Assembly (NCBI GenBank): GCA_964634205.1
Contig: CAZWKE010000001.1
Coordinates: 33,325 to 97,324 of the forward strand
Length of the DNA stretch: 64,000 bases
Direction of reading: 5' to 3'
Source: an uncultured Spirochaetaceae bacterium
GTDB lineage: Bacteria > Spirochaetota > Spirochaetia > SZUA-6 > RPPD01
Shown piece after piece: positions 31,908 through 40,661 of this stretch (its first letter is position 1; each line of letters opens with the position of its first letter). The notes under the pieces are model-generated. The model saw only the letters and a program-made list of their open reading frames with translations. It made no database searches and was not told the DNA's origin. The translations under genes were made by a program, and so were the position numbers.

Positions 31908-32554
31908 TAACGCTTTCCTTTGAAACTGATACGGATCTGCTTGTACAGACCGTCACCTTCACTTAGTGTTTCTATATCTTCAACATCATTCAGCGTAGTA
32001 TGAATAATCCGCCTTTCAAAGGGATTCATTGGTTCAAGTAATCGTGATCCGCCGGAGCGTCTGACCTGTTCGGCAACTCTTTCGGCCAATGAGACGATTT
32101 TCTGTTGTCTTTTGGTGCGATAATTTTCCGTATCAACAATAACTCTCATTCTGTGATTCTCGCCCATGCGCCCGATCACGGCATTGACAATCAGCTGGAT
32201 TGCGTCCAGTGTTTTGCCCCGTCTTCCGATCAAAAGACCCGAATCCCGGCTGACAATACTGATTCCCAACTTATCACTCTCTTTGAAATTTACTTCAACC
32301 CTCCCGTTCAACTCCATTTTATCAATCAACTGCTCTATGAAATGGATGATCTCCTGCTGCTCAGCATTATCTACCGAAAGCTGTTCTGCCATTTGCGCCT
32401 GTACACTTATTTTTACCGAACCTTTGGAAAACAGTCCCTTTTTTTTAGACTCTATTACCTGGTAATCCAGTTGGCCGGGTGCAATGTGCAGAGTATTACA
32501 CGCATTTTCAATTGCTGCCTCTAAATCATTTCCCTGAAATTCAATTGTACCCAT
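31904..32554 (-). CDS. jag: Jag/EloR (KhpB) RNA-binding protein
   Basis: Jag N-terminal domain, KH motif LLIGRRGKTLDAIQ, R3H motif MNPFERRIIH. Confidence 0.95.
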   Translation of the reverse strand: MGTIEFQGNDLEAAIENACNTLHIAPGQLDYQVIESKKKGLFSKGSVKISVQAQMAEQLSVDNAEQQEIIHFIEQLIDKMELNGRVEVNFKESDKLGISIVSRDSGLLIGRRGKTLDAIQLIVNAVIGRMGENHRMRVIVDTENYRTKRQQKIVSLAERVAEQVRRSGGSRLLEPMNPFERRIIHTTLNDVEDIETLSEGDGLYKQIRISFKGKRY

Positions 32555-32559
32555 ATATA

Positions 32560-34311
32560 TTATCTCCTCATATAGGATTTCATACTCGTAAGTCGTGGTT
32601 TTTTCGGCTTTGGAGGTCGGTTCTTAAAGTATTTCCGATACACCAGCATCTGAGCCGTGGTTAGGATGTTTTGTACGGTCCAGTACAACACAAGACCGGA
32701 AGGCAGATTGTACAGGATAAAGAAAAATACCCCCACCAGAATATAGGGCAGCATTTTCATCTTATTGTCCGTCCCCGTGCTGGTCTGGGTTAATTTCGAA
32801 GACACAACCTGTGTCGCAAGCATAATAATGGGGAGCAGCCTCAGATACTGCCAGTTTAAAATGGGGATGGTAAAATTAAAGGCAACAATATATTCCGGTG
32901 AGGAAAGATCATTGATCCAACCGGGAATAAAGACCGCGTTCCGCAGGCCGAAATGTTCCTGCAACAGTATATACAGCGCGAACATTATCGGCAGCTGTAA
33001 CAACTGCGGGAGACAGCCCCCCAGGGGATTCACCCCTTCCCGCCGATACAACTCAGCCATCTCCATATTCAATTTTTTCGGGTTGTCCTTGTATTTTTCT
33101 CTGAGCTCGGTCATTTTTGGATTGAGTTCCTGCAGCCTGCTCATGGACTCATAACTTTTTCTGGTCAACGGGAATACCAATACCTTGATAAGGATGGTTA
33201 ACAGGATGATGGCGATGCCGTAATTGCCCACAAGACTGTAAAACAGGTCCAATGGATATTTGAGGATATCCGCGATAAATCCAATCAGAAATACCGAAGG
33301 AACCACCTCATCAAGATGCCGGTCCTGCAGACCGTATGAATTGTCTTTGGCCGTATTGTACTTTGCCAATAAGGAGCGTTTCTTCGGTCCGATATATACT
33401 TTAAAGGTATCTTCTCTGCGCTGCGTTTTGTCATACGGGCGCTCAATATCAAGCGCCGAACGCACCGGAACAGTTGAGTCCAGCTTTCGTGAATCAAATA
33501 CCAGTCGTTGGGGATCGAAAGACGGCAGTACCAGCATGGTATAATACTTGCCGATAATACCCGCCCAGATTATCGTGGACTTTTTCACAGTCTCGGTCTT
33601 TCCCGGTTCGACATTTCTCTCGTTTCTCCCCCGGTCATAATACACAAACTTGCGGTACTCACCTCGTCCCTCAAGTTTGGTAAAGGCCGGACCAATCTGC
33701 GGTCCGATACTTAAGGTGTACATAACCCCGTTAAAATCCAAATTCAAATTGTCATTTGTCTTGTTCTCAATCGCAATTTTCAACTCAAACATATACTCAT
33801 CGGGATTAAGAATATAGGTTTTTCTTACGATAAAAGGAACATCCTTGTAGGAAAAGGTACGGAAAAACTCAATGGAATTCTTCGATTCATCAATTTTATA
33901 CTCATAAACCGCATTCAGGGCCTGTGCCTTGTAATCCCCAAAATGCAGCAGAAACGGATATTCCGCGTTTGCAGCGGTATTATCCCCCGTAAAAACCATC
34001 TCCGTACGCTCTCCGTTAGATTCCTTCAGTCTGATGGAACGAATCACCCCCCCCTTATTGGAAAAGGTAATGATATAGTCTTTATATTCTTTCTGCAGCT
34101 TGATATTATTATTTACCGACGGCTCTTCTTCCAGCGGCATCACGGTAATCGCCGGCTTTTCTTCTACCACCGGCTGTTCCTTTTGAGGAGTTGGTTTTTT
34201 TACGTCTTCATGGGTGGGAGCCTTCGGGGGGGCGATAATATTCATCACCAAAGACCATACCAGGAAGATGCCCACTAAAAAAATAATTGTTAATCCGGTT
34301 CTTTTGTCCAT
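32560..34311 (-). CDS. yidC: Membrane protein insertase YidC
   Basis: GNYGIAIILLTILIK, NPLGGCLPQLLQLPI, WINDLS, PSGLVLYW. Confidence 0.97.
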   Translation of the reverse strand: MDKRTGLTIIFLVGIFLVWSLVMNIIAPPKAPTHEDVKKPTPQKEQPVVEEKPAITVMPLEEEPSVNNNIKLQKEYKDYIITFSNKGGVIRSIRLKESNGERTEMVFTGDNTAANAEYPFLLHFGDYKAQALNAVYEYKIDESKNSIEFFRTFSYKDVPFIVRKTYILNPDEYMFELKIAIENKTNDNLNLDFNGVMYTLSIGPQIGPAFTKLEGRGEYRKFVYYDRGRNERNVEPGKTETVKKSTIIWAGIIGKYYTMLVLPSFDPQRLVFDSRKLDSTVPVRSALDIERPYDKTQRREDTFKVYIGPKKRSLLAKYNTAKDNSYGLQDRHLDEVVPSVFLIGFIADILKYPLDLFYSLVGNYGIAIILLTILIKVLVFPLTRKSYESMSRLQELNPKMTELREKYKDNPKKLNMEMAELYRREGVNPLGGCLPQLLQLPIMFALYILLQEHFGLRNAVFIPGWINDLSSPEYIVAFNFTIPILNWQYLRLLPIIMLATQVVSSKLTQTSTGTDNKMKMLPYILVGVFFFILYNLPSGLVLYWTVQNILTTAQMLVYRKYFKNRPPKPKKPRLTSMKSYMRR

Positions 34312-34336
34312 TGTTTGTTACTCCTCAATCGTATTA

Positions 34337-34546
34337 TTATTTTACGGGATCGTAGCCGCCGGGATGAAACGGATGGCATTTTAAAAGCCTTCTGACCGAA
34401 TAATACAATCCCTTAAAAAAGCCATGCTTTAAGAACGACTCTTTCGCATACTGCGAACACGTAGGAAAAAATCTGCACGAGGGAGGAAAAAGCGGTGAAA
34501 TCATTTTTTGATATAGCTTTATAATAAATACAAATACATATTTCAT
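34337..34546 (-). CDS. yidD: Membrane protein insertion efficiency factor YidD
   Basis: [26 protein letters not shown]. Confidence 0.96.
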   Translation of the reverse strand: MKYVFVFIIKLYQKMISPLFPPSCRFFPTCSQYAKESFLKHGFFKGLYYSVRRLLKCHPFHPGGYDPVK

Positions 34547-34905
34547 AATTTACTCTCTTCCTCCGTTTTCAGCAGGAACCTTCGCTTAAGGAGCGTTAAA
34601 AAAAATCCCCTCAACGCTACATACGAATATAAACCGGGTGAAAGAATAAATATAAAATCAAACCCGTCTTTTATCCCTTGTTTTCGTTCTCTGTATATCT
34701 CTTTAAGAATACGCTTTTGCCTGTTCCTTTGTACGGCATTCTTAAAGCCCCGTCTGGTAAAAAAAGCAACCCTGTTATAATCCCTATGGTTTGCTTTATA
34801 AAGAAGTGTTAATGCTTCTCCTCTGATTCTTTTCGCCGTATGAAGCAGTTCCTCAATATCATCTCTTTTATGTAATCTCTCAACTCGTGTAAGGTTTCTT
34901 TTCAT
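34543..34905 (-). CDS. rnpA: Ribonuclease P protein component
   Basis: [10 protein letters not shown] (RNR motif); lies between rpmH and yidD. Confidence 0.9.
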   Translation of the reverse strand: MKRNLTRVERLHKRDDIEELLHTAKRIRGEALTLLYKANHRDYNRVAFFTRRGFKNAVQRNRQKRILKEIYRERKQGIKDGFDFIFILSPGLYSYVALRGFFLTLLKRRFLLKTEEESKL

Positions 34906-35041
34906 CTGCAACAGAGAGCTTCATTCTTCCTTTTCTTCTGCGTCTGTTTAAAATGAGTCTTCCGCTTTTGGTTTTCATCCTCGCCCGGAACCCGAATTTT
35001 CTGTTTCGTTTCGTTCTACTGGGCTGGTATGTCCTTTTCAT
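34880..35041 (-). CDS. rpmH: 50S ribosomal protein L34 (53 aa; not in the ORF track)
   Basis: Manual translation: [53 protein letters not shown]. Confidence 0.97.
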   Translation of the reverse strand: MKRTYQPSRTKRNRKFGFRARMKTKSGRLILNRRRRKGRMKLSVADEKKPYTS

Positions 35042-35155
35042 GATCGATCTCCTCTTACTATATCGTTATATTCTTTCAATTTCAATAATCAAAATAACAG
35101 GATGTATTGAGAATTTATTGCTGTACTGCAGCATCCATCGAAAAAAACTGTATGG

Positions 35156-35184
35156 AGTATACTTATTTATACTTCAATTGTCAA
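35156..35184 (-). promoter_or_regulatory. Sigma-70 promoter of the rpmH-rnpA-yidD-yidC-jag operon
   Basis: TTGACA-N17-TATACT. Confidence 0.8.
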
Positions 35185-35198
35185 CTGTTCGGGAGGTA

Positions 35199-35651
35199 TT
35201 AAGGTCTTTTACGGATTGATTTATACAACTGCTGCAATACGGCTTTTAGTTCAGTGTTTTTAATGGTTTTCAGCTGTTCTTTCAGGTCGATATTACTCAA
35301 TTCTTCATTTTCACGGTCCGTTTCGTCCCCAACCGGTTTTGTCTGCTTTTGTTTCTGTTCTGATTTTTCGCTGCGTAAGGTTATTTTTATGTTTTTAATT
35401 CCAAGCTCCGGATACGTCCTTTTTATCACCGAGATTAGGCGGTCTTTTTTTATTGTTATCATTTGAAGCCATGCCGGATGAGTGGCGGTTAAAAGAAGTG
35501 TCTCCTTTTTAATATCGACCAGTTTGATATTCTTCGCGGCCTCTCTTCCCAATATACCTTCCCAGTTGCTGAAAAAAGCAGCATAACGCCGCCCTTTCCC
35601 CGATAAGCTGCCCTTGAATGCTCCTTTTAAAATATCTCCGGCTCGTTCCAT
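35199..35651 (-). CDS. DUF721/DciA family protein
   Basis: WEGILG..AAKNIKLVDIKKETLLLTATHPAWLQ pattern; follows recF. Confidence 0.8.
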   Translation of the reverse strand: MERAGDILKGAFKGSLSGKGRRYAAFFSNWEGILGREAAKNIKLVDIKKETLLLTATHPAWLQMITIKKDRLISVIKRTYPELGIKNIKITLRSEKSEQKQKQTKPVGDETDRENEELSNIDLKEQLKTIKNTELKAVLQQLYKSIRKRP

Positions 35652-36730
35652 TTTTCCAGCGTCCCGTTCCTGATATGATATTTCAATGTACCAGCTTTTT
35701 CATAGGAAGCAAAGTCCTCATCGGGAAGAAAGGAAAAAAAGGCCTGCTCATACTGCGGAAGCAGCCTGATAATACTCTCCCTTTTTGGTTTATCAATTTC
35801 AAGCAACACATCGTCAAGCAGTAAGAGGGGTTTTTTACCGGTTATTCCCATATAAAACTGTGCCTGGGCGGCCTTTAATATTACTGAAATCAATCGTGTC
35901 TGACCTGTTGATGCAATCTTTAAAAAATCCTTATCCCCCAGATAAAAAAAGAACCTGTCCCTGTGGGGGCCGCTCGTGCTCGTCTTCCAAGCTATATCCC
36001 GCTGTTTTGTTTTGCTGAGAAACATCGCAGCATCTTCTTTTGTTTCACAGTCTTTCCACGACGGTGCATAACGAATAACCAGCCGCTCTCCCAATCCGGC
36101 GATTTTTTGAAACAAATCAGAGAAAATTGTATTAAATGATTCCGTTATCTGCTTACGTTTTTCCTGGATCTCCATACCGTATTGCGCTGTTTTTATATTA
36201 TACACTTCAAGTATGTCTTTTTTTCCCTGCTTTAAAATACTATTTCGATATTTCAGTATCCTGTTGTATTTTCGCAGCACATCAATAAAAACGACATCAT
36301 AAATACAGAGTGTCTGATTGAAAAATCTTCGCTGCATAGGGGGAGATCCGCTTACAATCTGCATGTCACTGTGTGAAAAAACCACACAGGGAACATTTTG
36401 CACCAGTTCCTTCCTGTCTTGTACTTTTTTGCCTTCTACCGCTATTTCCTTGCTGGTATTCCTGGAAAGCCGCACGGTGATTTGTTTACTGAAATTATCC
36501 TGATCGATAAACTCTCCCCTGATTGCCGCTGTGGTACTCCTATTATTTATCATTAATGCATCCTGGTGCACCCTGAAAGATGAACCGTAACAGAGCAGAT
36601 ATAAGGCTTCGATGATGTTTGTTTTCCCCTGGCCGTTTTCACCAATAAAAAAAACCTGTGAAGGTCCGAGAGCTATATGTACATCTCTAAGGTTTCTGAA
36701 ATCATGAAGCGTTAAGGAGGTGAATCCCAT
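35627..36730 (-). CDS. recF: DNA replication/repair protein RecF
   Basis: FRNL, IGENGQGKTNIIEA, GPHRD, ASTGQ, LLLDDVLLEID. Confidence 0.97.
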   Translation of the reverse strand: MGFTSLTLHDFRNLRDVHIALGPSQVFFIGENGQGKTNIIEALYLLCYGSSFRVHQDALMINNRSTTAAIRGEFIDQDNFSKQITVRLSRNTSKEIAVEGKKVQDRKELVQNVPCVVFSHSDMQIVSGSPPMQRRFFNQTLCIYDVVFIDVLRKYNRILKYRNSILKQGKKDILEVYNIKTAQYGMEIQEKRKQITESFNTIFSDLFQKIAGLGERLVIRYAPSWKDCETKEDAAMFLSKTKQRDIAWKTSTSGPHRDRFFFYLGDKDFLKIASTGQTRLISVILKAAQAQFYMGITGKKPLLLLDDVLLEIDKPKRESIIRLLPQYEQAFFSFLPDEDFASYEKAGTLKYHIRNGTLEKWNEPEIF

Positions 36731-37836
36731 TAATCTTTTTGTAAAGGCATTACAATATTGAAATAATCATCATTCCCGGAAGGCTTCACCGTAAGTGCCT
36801 TTTTATTATCCGTAAACTCAATCATTATTTTCTCGGTTCCTATTTCCCTGATAGGCTCCAGTAAATAAAGGTAGTTTACCGCAATACTAATGTCCGGACC
36901 GGAATACTCACACTCAAGTTCTTCTCTGGCCATTCCGATTTCGCTTTCTTCCGAGCTGACCGTAAGGGTATTCCCTTGTATTGCGATGAACACCCTGCGG
37001 GATTTGTTCTCCACTAAAATTGATACCCTTTTCAGTGATTCCAAAAGCGATGTTTTGGATACGATTACATTGTATTCGTGTTGTTCGGGGATTATTTTTT
37101 GGTAATTGGGAAATTTCCCCTCGATCAAATTCGACGAAAAAAGATGGTTATCAAGTTTTACAAAGACATTCTTTTCAGTTATCGCCAATAAGAGATTCCC
37201 TTCACCCGAGGCGTTTTTTCTGATGATATGTAAAATCTTGGGAGGTACAATAACCCCGTTAAAGTCATTTACCTGTCCGGGGAATCCCTTTTTTATCAGG
37301 GCCAGTCTTCTCCCGTCCGAGGCCACCATGCTGAGATTATTTTCAATTTTTTCCAGAAAAACCCCGTTCAAGAAAAACCTGGTCTCGTCATCCGAAATTG
37401 CAAATATTGTTTTTGAAACCATATCAACAAATTGTTTTTGCGGAAACTCCATATAAAGATCATCCGCAATTCCGTGCTGTTCCGGAAATTTGTCCGGCGG
37501 GATGCACTTCAGTTGAAATTGAATACTGCTCTTTTCGGGTACAATCGAAAGGTAAACAGTATCCTTTAACTCAAAGCTGATCTGACCGTCCGGCAGTGAA
37601 CGCAGGATATCAAGCATGCGGTCACAGAGTACGGCAACCGTACCTTCGTTTGTAATCTGAACCGGAATTTGGGATTTATAGGCCACCTTGAGGTCCGTAG
37701 CGTTTAAATGAAGCAGTCCGTCATGCACATCAAGTAATACGTTGGAGAGAATGGAGATGGTGCTCTTTGTCGATATGGTATCATGAGCAAGCAATATTTC
37801 TTTTAAAATACTTGATTTTTCACATGAAAATTTCAT
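36730..37836 (-). CDS. dnaN: DNA polymerase III beta sliding clamp
   Basis: ATDL, DETRFFLNG, ASDGRRLA, GKFPNY, IVMPL. The real start is MKFS at 37836 (AGGAG RBS). Confidence 0.97.
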   Translation of the reverse strand: MKFSCEKSSILKEILLAHDTISTKSTISILSNVLLDVHDGLLHLNATDLKVAYKSQIPVQITNEGTVAVLCDRMLDILRSLPDGQISFELKDTVYLSIVPEKSSIQFQLKCIPPDKFPEQHGIADDLYMEFPQKQFVDMVSKTIFAISDDETRFFLNGVFLEKIENNLSMVASDGRRLALIKKGFPGQVNDFNGVIVPPKILHIIRKNASGEGNLLLAITEKNVFVKLDNHLFSSNLIEGKFPNYQKIIPEQHEYNVIVSKTSLLESLKRVSILVENKSRRVFIAIQGNTLTVSSEESEIGMAREELECEYSGPDISIAVNYLYLLEPIREIGTEKIMIEFTDNKKALTVKPSGNDDYFNIVMPLQKD

Positions 37837-37849
37837 TACTCTTACTCCT

Positions 37850-38020
37850 ATTATTATTAATATATTAATTAGTAGTAGTAATAGTAGGCACACTTAATAT
37901 GTGTAAAACATGGATAAAGTGTTATCAAAAAACAAATTAAAACAATAATAAGTCTTTATTGTTTTCCACATTTTACACAAACAGTAACAGTTTATTAAAA
38001 TATACACAAGAGTATTCACA
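37850..38020 (-). other. oriC unwinding region: DnaA boxes, DnaA-trios and AT-rich stretch
   Basis: Boxes at 37900-37908, 37909-37917, 37962-37970, 37971-37979, 38000-38008 and 38012-38020; TAG TAG TAG TAA TAG TAG trios at 37870-37887; AT-only run at about 37850-37870. Confidence 0.88.
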
Positions 38021-38036
38021 GCTTAATAACGTTTTT

Positions 38037-39404
38037 TTAACCGGAAGCGTTTTTCTCTTTTATTGCTTTTATTAAATGCTGGATGGTCGGTTCTAATGTT
38101 GGATCTGTTTTGATTCTGTTTTCTATTTTCTGGCAGGCATGCATAACCGTAGTATGATCCCTTCCCCCAAAATCAAGACCGACTTCAGTGGTGGAATATT
38201 CGGTTACTTCACGTGAAATATACATGGCTATCTGCCGTGGAAAAGCGATGGCCTTTGTTCTTTTTTTACATTTCAGGTCATTGCTTGATATGCCAAAGTA
38301 GTTGGCAACCACTCGTTGAATAAGGTCAAGCGGGATATTTTTATGCTGGGGTTGTGAAAAAAAGTCTTTCAATTGCTGGGCCGCAATATCGATGGTTATT
38401 TTTTTGTTCACGAGATCACCGTAGGCGATGAGCTTGGTCAGTGCCTTTTCAAGATCACGGACGTTTGTGGTGACATTTTTACAGATAAGATCGATAACTT
38501 CGTCGGGTATGGCTATCTTTTTATTTTCGATTTTTTGCTTTAAAATCGCGATTCTTGTTTCATAGTTGGGGGGTTGAAGATCAACATTCAAGCCACGCTC
38601 AAACCTGCTTCGCAGCCTGTCGGAAAGTGCCTTAAGCTCAGATACGGGGCGGTCACAGGTAAATACCATCTGTTTGTTGGCGTCATATAACGCGTTAAAA
38701 GTATGGAACAACTCCTCCTGGGTTTCCACCTTTCCCGGGAGAAAATGAATATCATCAATGAGCAGTACGTCAACCTTGCGATATTTGTTTTTAAAACGAT
38801 GCGCAGATTTTTCTTTTATAGCCAAAATAAATTCATTAGTAAAGGTTTCAGCGGTAACGTAAACAATTTTCAAATGAGGAAACTCCCTATAGGCTGAATT
38901 TCCGATGGACTGAATCAAATGGGTTTTTCCCAGACCGACCCCGCCGTAGATAAGACAGGGATTATAAGCGGTCCCGGGGTTTTTGGCGATGGCGATGGCG
39001 GCATTAGCGGCAAAAGAGTTGTTTTCCCCGATGACGAAGTTTTCAAAACTGTAGTCTTTGTTGAACTGGGGATGAGTCCGCACCGGCTTTTGCTGGGGAG
39101 CCACCGGTTTTTGCTTTATTTCCGTTTCAGAACTGTTATTAACCCTGGACTGAATATTAAAGCCGATCTTTATCTTATTCCCGGAGAGATCAAACAGTTT
39201 GTTTTCCAGCAATGGGAGATAGCGTTTTGTCACCTGGTCTTTATAAAATGAGGACGGGACATTCAGGATTATCTGTGATTCATCGGAAGTATGATATTCG
39301 ATGTTCTTAAACCACATAATGAATTCCTGCTCTGTTATTTCATGCTTGATCTGCGTGATCACTTCCTGCCAGAACGGTTTATAATCCCAATGTTCGGAGT
39401 TCAT
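38037..39404 (-). CDS. dnaA: Chromosomal replication initiator DnaA
   Basis: YNPCLIYGGVGLGKTHL, LLIDDIHF, RLRSRF, FGGRDHTTV. Start is MNSE at 39404. Confidence 0.99.
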   Translation of the reverse strand: MNSEHWDYKPFWQEVITQIKHEITEQEFIMWFKNIEYHTSDESQIILNVPSSFYKDQVTKRYLPLLENKLFDLSGNKIKIGFNIQSRVNNSSETEIKQKPVAPQQKPVRTHPQFNKDYSFENFVIGENNSFAANAAIAIAKNPGTAYNPCLIYGGVGLGKTHLIQSIGNSAYREFPHLKIVYVTAETFTNEFILAIKEKSAHRFKNKYRKVDVLLIDDIHFLPGKVETQEELFHTFNALYDANKQMVFTCDRPVSELKALSDRLRSRFERGLNVDLQPPNYETRIAILKQKIENKKIAIPDEVIDLICKNVTTNVRDLEKALTKLIAYGDLVNKKITIDIAAQQLKDFFSQPQHKNIPLDLIQRVVANYFGISSNDLKCKKRTKAIAFPRQIAMYISREVTEYSTTEVGLDFGGRDHTTVMHACQKIENRIKTDPTLEPTIQHLIKAIKEKNASG

Positions 39405-39443
39405 ATAAAGGATTCTCCACTTTATCTGCAAAAAATTAACAGG

Positions 39444-39669
39444 TTATCCACAATAAAAAATATAACTGTAAAATTAATTATACAGTCAATGGTAACCCGA
39501 AAGATACATTTTTGTATCAAATTTCTACCAAAATCCCTAATTATATATGCTGCAAGCATTTATATTTTGAATATTAGGAAAATATAATATTTCTTTTTAG
39601 ATATAATCAAAAATACCGTTTACATCTACGCTTCTGATATGAAAAATAATTATTCACAACTTACCCACA
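39444..39669. promoter_or_regulatory. DnaA boxes upstream of dnaA (second oriC half and/or autoregulation)
   Basis: Perfect TTATCCACA at 39444-39452; TTATTCACA at 39650-39658; TTACCCACA at 39661-39669. Confidence 0.75.
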
Positions 39670-39743
39670 ACCAAAAGCTGTGTCTGTAACACGAATAAGC
39701 AGTGTACCTTATATTTTGGTTTTTTTCAAGATTAAATAATTAA

Positions 39744-40334
39744 TTATTCCAGCTTGTTTCTTCGTTTGAGCGCTTGTGAGAGGGTAAGTTTGTCCGCGTA
39801 TTCCAGGTCACCTCCTACCGGCAGTCCCAGCGCTATACGGCTGACGGTCACCCCCGTAGTTTTTATTATCTTAGCCAGGTAGAGTGCGGTCGTATCACCC
39901 TCTACGGTGGGATTTGTGGCGATAATTATTTCTGTAATTGCGGTACTTGTTATTCTGTTTATTAATTCCTTTATGCGTAAATTGTTCGGGCCGATCCCGT
40001 CGAGTGGGGAGATGACCCCCCCCAGGACATGATAGAGTCCGCTGTGTACATGAGTGGCTTCGATAGTAAGTATATCCTTGGCCTCTTCTACAACACAGAT
40101 TACGGTCTTATCGCGTGATGCATCTTGGCAGATCGGACAGGGATCGGTCTCCGCAAAATTACCGCAAATCCGACAGCTTTTCAGATTTTTCTTCAAGGCA
40201 AGTAATGCGCCTGCCAGAGACTCGGTTTTTGAATCGGGGGATTTCAGCAGAAAATATACAATCCTGGACGCGCTTTTTTTCCCCAGTCCGGGAAGTTTGG
40301 CAAGCTGGGATATTACCTGTTCAATGATATTCAC
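39744..40334 (-). CDS. recR: Recombination mediator RecR
   Basis: LPGLGKKSA, C4 zinc finger, YHVLGG, ATNPTVEGDTTA. Confidence 0.97.
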   Translation of the reverse strand: MNIIEQVISQLAKLPGLGKKSASRIVYFLLKSPDSKTESLAGALLALKKNLKSCRICGNFAETDPCPICQDASRDKTVICVVEEAKDILTIEATHVHSGLYHVLGGVISPLDGIGPNNLRIKELINRITSTAITEIIIATNPTVEGDTTALYLAKIIKTTGVTVSRIALGLPVGGDLEYADKLTLSQALKRRNKLE

Positions 40335-40335
40335 G

Positions 40336-40659
40336 TTATGGTCCTAAAAACCCGGGGGGTAATTGCATCCCGCCGCTGAGTCCGGAGAATTCCTCTTTCA
40401 TCTTTTCCCGTAATTTGGTAAGGGCATCGGAATACGCAGCGCGTATAAGGTCCTGCAGCATTTGAATGTCTTTGGGATCGACCACTTCCGGTGCCAGAGA
40501 GACATCAAGAACCTCCATTTTACCGTTGAGTTTAATTTTTACCATGTCACCACCGGCCGTCCCTTCGATGACAAGGTCTTTGAGTTTTTCCTGCATTTCA
40601 GCCATGCGTGATTGTATATTTTTGAAGTTCTTTAAAAATTCCATTGGATTAAATCCCAT
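40336..40659 (-). CDS. ybaB: YbaB/EbfC nucleoid-associated protein
   Basis: GTAGGDMVK, DIQMLQDLIRAA; lies between dnaX and recR. Confidence 0.93.
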   Translation of the reverse strand: MGFNPMEFLKNFKNIQSRMAEMQEKLKDLVIEGTAGGDMVKIKLNGKMEVLDVSLAPEVVDPKDIQMLQDLIRAAYSDALTKLREKMKEEFSGLSGGMQLPPGFLGP

Positions 40660-40661
40660 TC

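Noticed and set aside
37837-37893. Hydrophobic MCLLLLLLINILIII N-terminal extension of dnaN
   Set aside because: It is the translation of the DnaA-trio/AT-rich origin element; the real start is ATG 37836 with an AGGAG RBS.
38205-38220. parS-like sequence inside dnaA (TATTTCACGTGAAGTA on the minus strand)
   Set aside because: It matches 13/16 and is explained by coding for the ISREV residues; unsupported without ChIP data.
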